64,000 bases of DNA. It comes from an uncultured Nitrospinota bacterium (GTDB lineage: Bacteria > Tectomicrobia > Entotheonellia > J063 > CAVPRW01). Below the pieces are notes generated by a model. That model did no database searches, was not told the DNA's origin, and was given only the letters and a program-made list of their open reading frames with translations. The first letter of the stretch is position 1, and the number at the start of each line of letters is the position of its first letter. Where the stretch lies: assembly GCA_963707985.1 (NCBI GenBank), contig CAVPRW010000016.1:32001-96000 (forward strand). Reading direction: 5' to 3'. Shown one piece after another: positions 54,665-64,000 of this stretch. Both the position numbers and the translations under genes were made by a program.

Positions 54665-55103
54665 TTACGTCGGTGCTGCCGTGCGCCGCCTGGTGGCTGT
54701 GCGCGCAGATTTCCTGTGCGAATATTGCTTGGTGCACGAAGACGATACGGTCTTTGGCTGCGAAGTGGACCATATCATCAGCGAAAAGCATAGTGGGGCA
54801 ACGGACGCGGAGAACCTCGCCTACGCCTGTGCGTTCTGCAATCGGGCCAAAGGCAGTGATATCGGGTCGATCGTGCCGGGCACAGGGCGCTTCGTGCGGT
54901 TTTTCAATCCACGTACAGACCGCTGGGCAGAGCACTTTACCCTCGACGGTGTGACGATTGTGCCCCTCTCAGACATTGGCGAGGTCACCAGCCGTATCTT
55001 GGCCTTCAACGACAGCGACCGGTTGTTAGAGCGACAAACTCTACAAGCAGTAAGCAGGTATCCTAGCGCAGCGGCGGTGGCGCGCATGGCGAGCCGCACC
55101 TAA
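54657..55103 (+). CDS. HNH endonuclease
   Basis: CEYC, VDHIISEKH, NLAYACAFCN, FNPR..W.EHF. Confidence 0.9.
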   Translation: MSSYVGAAVRRLVAVRADFLCEYCLVHEDDTVFGCEVDHIISEKHSGATDAENLAYACAFCNRAKGSDIGSIVPGTGRFVRFFNPRTDRWAEHFTLDGVTIVPLSDIGEVTSRILAFNDSDRLLERQTLQAVSRYPSAAAVARMASRT

Positions 55104-55188
55104 CATCGTTCCAGTGGAGCCGACGCCCAAGAGCCTTCGCTCCTGCACCGTTGCGACTATCGGGCGTAGCTCACCGCCAGCGAAAGGT
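55098..55188 (+). repeat. Degenerate integron attC-like site
   Basis: R'' ACCTAAC overlapping the HNH stop; arms GTGGAGCCGACGCCC / GGGCGTAGCTCAC; R' GAAAGGT (GTTAGGT expected). Confidence 0.6.
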
Positions 55189-55200
55189 CGTAGGTATATC

Positions 55201-55597
55201 GTGGCAGTACAAACAAGAGAGCACCTTCTAGCACTTCTGCAAGAGCATCAGCACCAAATCCGACGCTTTTGGCGTGCGCCGTCTGGGCTTGTTTGGCTCC
55301 TTCGTCCGTGGGCGCCAGCAGCGCGAGAGTGATGTTGATATGCTGGTGGAATTCGAGCCTGGGTGCAAGACGTTTGACGCGTTCATGCAGCTTGCTTTTT
55401 TCTTAGAGGCATTGTTCGGACGACGGGTGGAATTGGTGACACCCGAATCACTCAGTCCCTACATTGGTCCGCATATTCTGTGTGAGATCGAATATGTCAG
55501 CTTCGACACGGCCCTATCTCCAACATATCCTCACCGAGACCCAGTATCTCATGGACCAGACGCAGGGGCTGGAGAAAGAGAAGCCGCAGATGTCTGA
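55201..55597 (+). CDS. Minimal nucleotidyltransferase (MNT antitoxin); frameshift in T-run near 55268
   Basis: LFGSFVRG..SDVDMLVEF. Confidence 0.8.
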
Positions 55598-55602
55598 TGA
55601 CG
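55494..55602 (+). pseudogene. HEPN/DUF86 toxin N-terminal fragment cut by IS
   Basis: MSASTRPYLQHILTETQYLM.. directly after MNT. Confidence 0.55.
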
Positions 55603-56852
55603 GGTAGCTCCACACTAAACCGTGGTCATGAGCACCAGCGTGCTATCAGGCGTTTCCGTGCCCGCGAGGGGCGCCCCCGCGGCGTGGAAGGCGTCCAGCG
55701 GGGTGGTGGTACGTGAAACGACAGCAGCTCCTGGACGGTCCAGCCATGATCCGTGATCCCGGCAGCCATGCTAGGCGTCCTCTGGAGACACGTCATACCA
55801 GCCGCCGATGCCGTGCGGCGCAGACTGGCAGGGTACGTACAGCAGTGGTCGACACTGCCGATCAGATCCATCCCGTGCGGCCGCGTCAGCGGACGACGCG
55901 CCAGCGCGCTCCCGCGGCGTGTCAGCGACGCCAAGCGCTCCCGGAACGTCGCCTGGAGCCGCTCGATGTCTGCGGTGTGGCTCACCCCGTGCCCGTGCGA
56001 GCGACGCCTGAGCGTCTCGACTGAGCGTCTCGACGCGTGGGCGTGCCATCCACGATAGGGCGCTCGATGTCGACCACGCGCCGCTGCACGTCGCGCTTGA
56101 CGACCTGCGCGATGTCGAGATGGCGCCAGGGGCGCAGCCGAGGGCGCCCGGGCGCGCCTGTGCGTACCGGATCGCGACAGGTCTCACGCCTCGCCCGGAC
56201 GTCGGCGGACACGCCATCGGTGCACCGCAAGAGCGGAGCGGGCGCAGCACCGCGGCGCACGCGCTCGAGGAGCCGGCGAATCAGCGGCCTATCACGAGGC
56301 GCACTGCCCTCGCCGGCCAGCCACAGCCGTGTCTTGACCAGCATCGCCAGCGCCATCCACACGATGCCGCCCGGCGTCTTGACGCGGATCGCATCGGCTG
56401 GCACCTGGCCCAGGTCTCGTGGGCGCTCCACCCGATGTTCCTGGACCGCCTGGCCCTGTCGGCCAGCGCGCGCCCCCCACGCCGCCACGGTCCGCTCATC
56501 GAACCCACAGGCGACGACGATCGCTGGCAGCGCACAGCCGTGCGCCAGCAGCGTGACCACGAGGCTGACCGGCTCTGCCGAGGTCCGCAGGCGGTACAAC
56601 GCGGTGCCTGTCGTGGCGGTACACGTCTGGTGGCACGCCGTGCAGAGCCTCCGTGTGTCCTTGCGCGCGTGGAGACGAATATGGCCCTCGCCTGCTTGGC
56701 CGCGGGCGGGACATGCCACATTCGGGCAGCATACCGTCGTGGGGTCCATGACGATCCTCCTGGCTGTGCGTGGACACATGGCCAAGAGAAATATGTCAGG
56801 ACCCCCATTTCTTTTACAACCTCACTGCACCACGGTTTAGTGGGGAGCTACC
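55603..56852 (-). mobile_element. IS1-family-like element with terminal inverted repeats; inactivated transposase
   Basis: IRs GGTAGCTCCACACTAAACCGTGGT (55603-55626) and 56829-56852 match 23/24; internal 13-bp duplication at 56008-56033; no target-site duplication. Confidence 0.88.
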
Positions 56853-58011
56853 GCTGGCTCAGCTTCTCGAGCGTGGCGACCAGGGATTCGTGACGAGCTA
56901 TGCGAAGATCCTCGGAATTTTTGAGCAGGTATTGGCAGGTGTGACCCACCTGCATGACCTGGGAATGTCCCATGGGGATATCAAGCCACAAAACGTGCTC
57001 GTATCAGAGGATGACGCCAAGATCACCGATTTTGGTAGCAGCATTCTTCCCGAAGACATGTACGCTCGGACACGCGAAAACGGTGGCACGATTCTGTATT
57101 CCGCCCCAGAAGTGGTGGGATCAATTTGCCGTGGGTGCAGCCGTACAGAAGTGTTCAGCGCCGATATCTATAGTCTCGGCGTTCTCCTGTACCACCTGGT
57201 GACGTCGCGTGTGCCACACGATACCTTGAGTCAAGTCGCCCGGCATGCACCGTTCCCACGGCCACGTGAAATCAATCGATCGGTATGCCCGGCCCTCGAA
57301 GAAGTGATTCTGAGATGTCTCGCGCACGATGCGATGGACCGCTGGCCTACAATGCAGGAACTGACACTGGCGACGAAGCGGGCAAAACAGGCCCAACTCG
57401 ATTATGTTCCCGAGCGAACTGTCAGCGTCAAGAGACAAGGCACCATTGACTGGTCGAGCGACGTGCTTGACTTGATCGACAAATCAGAGTTTGCACGCGC
57501 GGAAAATGTTGCCCGCATGGAGTTTGTACTGACTGGCGATGCCCATGCCTTCCTCATGATGGTCTCCGCCGCCGTACGAGATGGCCGATTTTTTGACGCC
57601 AGGAGGGATGTACAGGCCAACCCCAGCATGCTCGCCGCATCGTCCCGCGTCAAGCGAGACCTTCGTCAACTTGCCTTGAAGTGCTGCTTGGAAACTCGTG
57701 ACATTGACCAGGCGCGAGAGCTCATCGAGACCATGATCGCCGAGGACGGCGAAACCCCGAATATCCTGCTGAAAAAGGCATCTGTGTTGGGGCTGTTAGC
57801 TCTGTACGAAGAGGCTCGTGACATTCTGCTCAGACTGAACCGGGATTTTCCAGGGCGACCGGCAGTCTTGCGACGTCTGGTCATCGTGTTTGAGCAGTTG
57901 CGAGATGTCGGCAAGGCCGCGGCGTTTCTCAAAGCTTATAGCCGGGCTGTTCCGCATGATGCCTGGGCAAGCGAGAAACACGAAAGGTTGGCTGCACTGG
58001 GATTTCGGTGA
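56853..58011 (+). pseudogene. Ser/Thr protein kinase with helical/TPR-like C-terminus, N-lobe deleted at IS junction
   Basis: HGDIKPQN, DFG, YSAPE, DIYSLG present; Gly-loop and VAIK absent. Confidence 0.8.
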
Positions 58012-58163
58012 ACTATCAAGAGTACCTACCGCCGAGGAACCGCTTGAGCTCTCTGGAATCCATAAAGAGCCTTGAGCAACTGAACTTTGTGCTTGCGATA
58101 GGGCGATAGAGTTCCGTGGGCAACGGCATTGGCAGGGGATATGCGACGGGATAAGAGGTAAAG

Positions 58164-58370
58164 GTGAGCGAAGAGCAGAGCGAAAGAGGAGGGGAGGAGC
58201 CAACCTCCGTGGTCCAGGAACTTGTCGAAGCTGGTTATGCAGAAGCAGTTCGCCAACTGCATGCCCGCTATGAGCGAGGGGAACTCTCGTTCCGCGCAGT
58301 TGCGGCTGAGTTGGGGCTTTCCGCGCGCGAGTTATATGACCTTTTCGAGAAGATGGGGTTGCCAACATAG
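58164..58370 (+). CDS. UPF0175-like small HTH protein (possibly 5'-damaged)
   Basis: YERGELSFRAVAAELGLS HTH pattern. Confidence 0.5.
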   Translation: MSEEQSERGGEEPTSVVQELVEAGYAEAVRQLHARYERGELSFRAVAAELGLSARELYDLFEKMGLPT

Positions 58371-58473
58371 GAGGTTGAGGGACGCTAGCGAAGGGACACA
58401 TTCCCGCACATTATGCGGGAACCACTCCCAGACATCCCAGATCAACTCCAAAGGCTAAGAGGGTAGGATCGCG

Positions 58474-58694
58474 GTGGATATGCGCTTCGCCGCCCAGGTC
58501 CTCGCGGATGTGCCGGCGGCGTGCGACGACGACCCAGGGTCCGAGCCCCTCTAACAACAGGAGCCTGTCAGATGTCTGCCACAGATCTCCATGTCTTCTG
58601 GCACCGCACGACAGCGGCCTTGCAGCAGACGCTCATGCGGGCCACCTGCACCGATGCGACAGCGCAGAGCGGCCACGAGTATGCCACTTCCCTC
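58474..58694 (+). repeat. Diverged partial duplicate of 50133-50352 (SBP 3' end plus esterase 5' end)
   Basis: Manual alignment, roughly 80% identity. Confidence 0.85.
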
Positions 58695-58699
58695 TCCGC

Positions 58700-58905
58700 G
58701 AGACGGGAAGCCCACCCTATTGTTTCACCCACGACTGCAGCGTTGGGCTGAGCATTTCGCCTGGCGTGAGCATGGCGACACGATGGACGGGCTGACATCG
58801 TGTGGTCGCACAACCATCGAGGCGTTGCGCCTGAACAACGACTGGATGGTGCAAGCACGCCGGCTTTGGATGCTGGTTGGGCTGCACCCGCCCCTCGAAT
58901 CTTAA
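58700..58905 (+). pseudogene. HNH nuclease C-terminal fragment
   Basis: LFHPRLQRWAEHFAW..GRTTIEALRLN, paralogous to the 54657 gene tail. Confidence 0.7.
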
Positions 58906-59176
58906 GCGACCCGTTTGCCTCCATACCTCCTCATGGGGGGAGGTCGTTGCTCATCTAGGCGGGTTTCTGTCAATACAGGCTTTGGTACTATGTAGAGGGC
59001 TGTGGCCCGCAGCATACTGCTGGCTGTTAGGTGCCGAAGGGACTAGGAGAATGGGGCGACACAGTGTACAATACTGCTGAACTCAGCTCAGGGTTCATTT
59101 TCAGGCGGATGTCTTTTGGACCAAATCCTCTATCGATCCACAGGTACTTCATCTGTGGTTGGATGCGTACCAAACG

Positions 59177-62100
59177 ATGAACAAGCCGCCGCTTCTCACC
59201 AGCAACTTCGCCCATCTGCAAGAGCATGACGAGCAGCTCCTGCGCCTGGGCATGCTCGCGGAGCGGTACTTTCCCGACGACCCCAACACCTCGCTCCTCA
59301 AGCTGCGGCAGCTCGCCGAGCTGCTGGCGCAGCTGGTGGCGACGAAGGTCGGCCTGTACCAGTCACCCGAGGAGTCCCAGTACGACCTGCTGCGCCGCCT
59401 GCAGGATCAGGGCATTCTCCCGCGCGAGATCGCCCAGCTCTTCGGTGAAGTGCGGCGCGCCGGCAACGCCGCGAGCCACGCCATGGTAGGCGACCATCGC
59501 GCCGCCCTGGCCGCACTCAAGATCACCTGGCAGCTGGGGCTCTGGTTCCACCGCACCTTCAGGAACCCCTCGTTCACATCCGGCCCCTTCATCCCCCCGC
59601 AAGCCCCACCGGACGAAAGCGCCGATCTGCACGCTGAGCTCACCCGCCTCAGCCAGGCGCTCGAACAAGGCCTCGCGGCCCATCAGGACACCGCCCAGCG
59701 TCTGGACGCCGCCGAAGCTATGCTCCGTGAGGCCCAGGACGAGCAGACCTTCTGGGAGCAGATGGCCAGCGAAGCTGAGGCAGCAAAGGCCGCATTGGAG
59801 CAGCGGCTCGCCGCCCAGCAGGCCGAGACCGCCGCGCAACCCAGAGAGACCGTGACCGCCTTCGTCGCCGCGGCGAACACCGCGGCTGCGGCGCTACACC
59901 TCGACGAGATCGAGACGCGCAAGCTGATCGACCAGCAACTCCGACAGGCCGGCTGGACCGCGGACTCCGCGACCCTGATCTACTCGCAAGGCGCTCGCCC
60001 CGAGCCGCATAAAAACCTGGCGATTGCCGAATGGCCCACGCACAGCGGACCGGCCGACTACGTCCTGTTCGTGGGGCTGACACCCGTCGCGGTCGTGGAG
60101 GCCAAACGCCAGAACATCGATGTGTCGGCGGCGCTGCAACAAGCCAAGCGATACAGCCGTGGGTTCATGCCCTCGCCTGAAACCGTGTTGCACGCCGAGA
60201 ACTGGGGGACGGATGGCGCCTACCGCATTCCGTTCGCCTTCTCGTCCAACGGGCGCCCATTCTTGCGGCAGCTCTCCACCAGGAGTGGCATCTGGTTCGG
60301 CGATCTGCGCCGTGCCGAGAACCTTGGCCACGCCCTCGATGGCTGGTATACGCCGGAGGGTCTTACGGCGCTCCTGAGGCGTGACGAAGACCGCGCGCAT
60401 GAGCAGCTCAGGCACGAGCCCTTCGCCTACGGATTCTCGCTGCGCCCCTATCAACAGGCCGCCATCCAGGCCGCCGAAGCCGCCATCGCCGGTGGCCAGC
60501 GCGCCATGCTGCTCGCCATGGCCACGGGCACCGGCAAAACGAAAACCTGCATCGCGCTCATCTATCGCCTGCTCAAAGCAAAACGCTTCCGCCGCGTACT
60601 GTTCCTGGTGGATCGGTCCGCGCTCGGCGAACAGGCGGCCAACGCCTTCAAGGATACGCGCATGGAGAGCCTCCAGACCTTTGCCGACATCTTTGGCATC
60701 AAGGAGCTGGACGAGCCGAAGCCTGACACCGACACTGCCGTGCACATCGCGACCGTACAGGGCATGGTGCAGCGCGCCCTGTATCCCAGCGAGGATGAGG
60801 CGCCCCCGGCGGTGGATCAGTACGATTGCATCGTGGTCGACGAATGCCACCGCGGCTACCTGCTCGACCGCGAGTTGTCCGACACCGAGCTGAGTTTCCG
60901 CAGCTATGACGACTATATCTCCAAGTACCGCCGCGTGCTCGACTACTTCGACGCGGTGAAGATCGGCCTCACCGCCACGCCAGCCCTGCACACCACGCAG
61001 ATCTTCGGGGCGCCCATCTTCACCTACAGCTATCGCGAGGCCGTCATCGACGGCTTTCTCGTCGACCACGAGCCACCGGTGCAGATCAATACCGCCCTCT
61101 CCACCTCCGGCATCGTCTGGAGGGTGGGAGAGGAAGTGGAGGTCTACCACGCGGGCCACAACCAGCTCGACCTCTTCACCACCCCTGACGAGATCAAGCT
61201 CGACGTCGAGGACTTCAACCGCAAGGTCATCACCGAATCCTTCAACCGCGTCGTCTGCGAGTTCCTGGCGCAGGAGCTCGACCCCTCGTCGCGGCAGAAG
61301 ACGCTGATCTTCTGCGTCAACGACGCCCACGCCGACCTGGTGGTACACCTGCTCAAGCAGGCCTTCGAGCAGCACTACGGCAGCATCGACGACGATGCCG
61401 TCATCAAGATCACCGGCGCCGCCGACAAGCCGCTGCACCTGATCCGCCGCTACAAGAACGAGCGCCAGCCGAACGTCGCGGTCACCGTGGACCTGCTCAC
61501 CACCGGCGTGGACGTGCCCGAGATCTGCAACCTCGTGTTCCTGCGCGGCGTCAACAGCCGCATCCTGTTCGACCAGATGCTCGGCCGCGCCACCCGCCGG
61601 TGCGACGCGATCGGCAAGGAGACCTTCCGCATCTTCGACGCGGTGCAGATCTACGAAGCCTTGCAGGGCATGACCGCCATGCAGCCCGTGGTGGTCAACC
61701 CGGCCATCACCTTCACCCAGCTGGCGCGCGAGCTCGTGCAGGTAGCGAGCGAGGCAGAGCGTGCCCTGGTGCGCGACCAGTTCGTCGCCAAGCTCCAGCG
61801 CAAGAAACGCCATCTGAGTGAAGCCACCGCGCGCGACTTCGAGACCTGCGCCGGCATGTCGCCCGAGGCCTTCATCGAGCAGCTCAAGACCATGCCGCTG
61901 GCCGACATCGCCGCCTGGTTCAGCCAAAACCCCGACCTCGGCGACATCCTCGACCGCCAGGGCGAAGGCCACGTCGAGCCGGTGTTCGTGTCCCATCACG
62001 ACGATAGGCTGCTCGGCACCGAGCGCGGCTACGGGCAGGCCAGACGGCCGGAAGACTATCTCCAGGAGTTCTCCGACTTCCTCCGCACTCGCGGCAACGC

Positions 62101-62558
62101 CATTCCTGCCCTCGTGACCGTGCTCACGCGCCCGCGCGAGCTCACCCGCAAGCAACTGCGCGAGCTGGCGCTGGAGCTGGACCGGGCGGGCTTCAGCGAG
62201 GCGAGCCTCTCCACGGCCTGGCGCGAGATGACCAACCAGGACATCGCCGCGCGCATCGTCGGCTACATCCGCCAGGCCGCCATCGGCGATCCGCTCGTGC
62301 CCTACGATCAGCGCGTGGACAGCGCGCTACAGAAAATACTCGCCTCGCGCCACTGGACCATGCCGCAGCGCCAGTGGCTGCAGAAGGATCGCCGCCCAGA
62401 CCAAGGCCAACGTGCTCGTCGACCGCGAGGCGCTGGACGACCCCGACCTCGTCTTCAAGCGTGAGGGCGGCGGCTTCGCCCGGCTCGACCGTATCTTCGG
62501 TGGAGAGCTCCAGCAGGTGCTGGACACCTTCAACGAATCACTCTGGGCTACGGCGTAG
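59177..62558 (+). CDS. hsdR: Type I restriction enzyme R subunit (EcoKI-like); +1 frameshift near 62386
   Basis: ADY..VEAK nuclease, MATGTGKT, DECHRG, LTATP, QMLGRATR; C-terminus continues in the shifted frame to TAG 62558. Confidence 0.93.
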
Positions 62559-62639
62559 ATGGTTGGTGCGCACTCCACTCTGTACGCTACACAAACATCA
62601 AAAAGTAGTGTAGTCTGAATCAAAAGGGGGAAACACTGT

Positions 62640-62897
62640 ATGAGCCCACAGCAGATGCCCAATGCCGATGACCTGATGCAACGTATCACCATCGATCCAC
62701 ATATCTGTCATGGGAAGCCCTGTATCCGCGGTTTGCGCTATCCCATTGAAATACTGCTGGAGTTACTCAGTGCTGGTATGACCGTTGAAGAGATCCTGGC
62801 AGATTATGAAGACCTGGAACGGGAGGATATCTTCGCCACCCTGGCTTTTGCTACCCGCCTGAGCCAGGTAAAGCGTATGCAACCGCTCACAGTATGA
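62640..62897 (+). CDS. DUF433 antitoxin
   Basis: RITIDPHICHGKPCIRGLR. Confidence 0.9.
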   Translation: MSPQQMPNADDLMQRITIDPHICHGKPCIRGLRYPIEILLELLSAGMTVEEILADYEDLEREDIFATLAFATRLSQVKRMQPLTV

Positions 62898-63247
62898 AGT
62901 TTCTCGTTGACGCGCATCTCCCCCGCCGTTTGGCATATCAGCTCCGCGCATTTGGACATGAGGCAGTGCATACACTCGACTTGCCCAGAGGTAATCGCAC
63001 CCCCGACCCGGAGCTTGGGGAGCTGTCCGTCCGCGACCACGCCATCGTCGTAACCAAGGATGCCGATTTTGTCAATACCTTCACCATACAGCGAGTGCCC
63101 TACAAGCTCCTTCTGGTCTCCACGGGGAACATTACCAATGCGGCACTCGAAACGCTCGTGACACAGCATATGGCCGACATTACTGCAGCCTTTGTGTCTC
63201 ACGACTTTGTTGAACTCACTCGTACCATGCTCATCATACACGTGTGA
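62894..63247 (+). CDS. DUF5615 PIN-like toxin
   Basis: MKFLVDAHLP, VVTKDADF, TGNITN. Confidence 0.88.
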   Translation: MKFLVDAHLPRRLAYQLRAFGHEAVHTLDLPRGNRTPDPELGELSVRDHAIVVTKDADFVNTFTIQRVPYKLLLVSTGNITNAALETLVTQHMADITAAFVSHDFVELTRTMLIIHV

Positions 63248-63386
63248 CCTCAACCAGCGACGCGGCGGCTTCGCAAAGAAAGGACAGTCGGGGCTGCGAG
63301 GGAGTATCAGGTTCCATGGTTTCTAACGCCCCTACCGTTGCGAATACCCGGCGCTATCTTGTCATGAGGGAGAACATTAGCCACCT

Positions 63387-64000
63387 ATGAGCACTATCAC
63401 CACCGACATCGTTGCCAGGCTCTGGAACCTTTGCAACATCCTCAAGGACGACGGAGTCACCTACCACCAGTACGTCACCGAGCTGACCTACCTGTTGTTC
63501 CTCAAGATGGCCAAGGAAACCGGCACCGAGGACCAGATCCCTGCCGGCCACCGCTGGGACGACCTCGAAGCCAAGGCCGCGCCCGACCGGCTGGAAGCCT
63601 ACAAGCTCACGCTGATCCACCTCGGCAGCCACGGTTCGCGCGCTCGTGCAGGAGATCTTCGCCAACGCCAGCTCCTTCATCAAGAAACCGGCCACGCTCT
63701 CCACGCTGGTAACTGAGATCGACAAGCTCGATTGGTACAGTGCCCGACAGGAAGGTCTGGGTGATCTGTACGAAGGTCTGCTGGAGAAGAACGCCGAACG
63801 AGAAGAAATCCGGCGCCGGCCAGTACTTCACGCCGCGGCCGCTGATCGACAGCATGGTCGCGGTGATGCAGCCGACGCTCGACGACATCATCCAGGACCC
63901 GGCGGCCGGTACCGGCGGCTTCCTCATCGCCGCCAACCGCTACCTGCGCGAGCACAGCGACCCCGATGCGCTGGACCGAGGCGCAGCAACGCAAGTATCG
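63387..64000 (+). CDS. hsdM: Type I RM methyltransferase M subunit, partial; frameshifts near 63640 and 63798
   Basis: LWNLCNILKDDG, LGDLYEGLL, GAGQYFTPR, DPAAGTGGFL recovered across frames. Confidence 0.9.

Noticed and set aside
59894..62155. 753-aa ORF on the minus strand
   Set aside because: Antisense shadow of the GC3-rich hsdR; no recognisable motifs.

Overview
GC-rich bacterial chromosomal window. The gene content and IS types suggest Candidatus Tectomicrobia/Entotheonella-like origin, which is inference only. Bases 1-24 kb are mostly housekeeping/metabolic genes: Mo-enzymes, argJ, ilvA, birA, NDP-sugar synthase, UbiB kinase, GDH, ferredoxin, pcm, YceI, PduO, SOD, rpsB without tsf, prkA-yhbH, hpt and a MaoC pair. 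Bases 24-39 kb are accessory. They hold a coupled amidohydrolase-DUF59-dead tyrosine recombinase-ADH operon (propane-monooxygenase accessory-type genes without the monooxygenase), comM fragments, a radical SAM/aminotransferase/AKR trio sharing an Ig-like domain, and IS debris around an RHH-PIN TA pair. Bases 39-51 kb are catabolic (amidase, P450-ferredoxin, two class III CoA-transferases, GNAT, Tat sulfite-oxidase family, SBP, esterase). Bases 51-64 kb form a defence/TA island with an attC-like site, IS66/IS1 remnants and a type I RM system. The most striking signal is that several transposase remnants appear saturated with A>C/T>G transversions, while duplicates in the same window diverge mainly by transitions. 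This suggests possible transposon-directed hypermutation. Several single-base frameshifts in otherwise intact genes probably reflect assembly indel errors.
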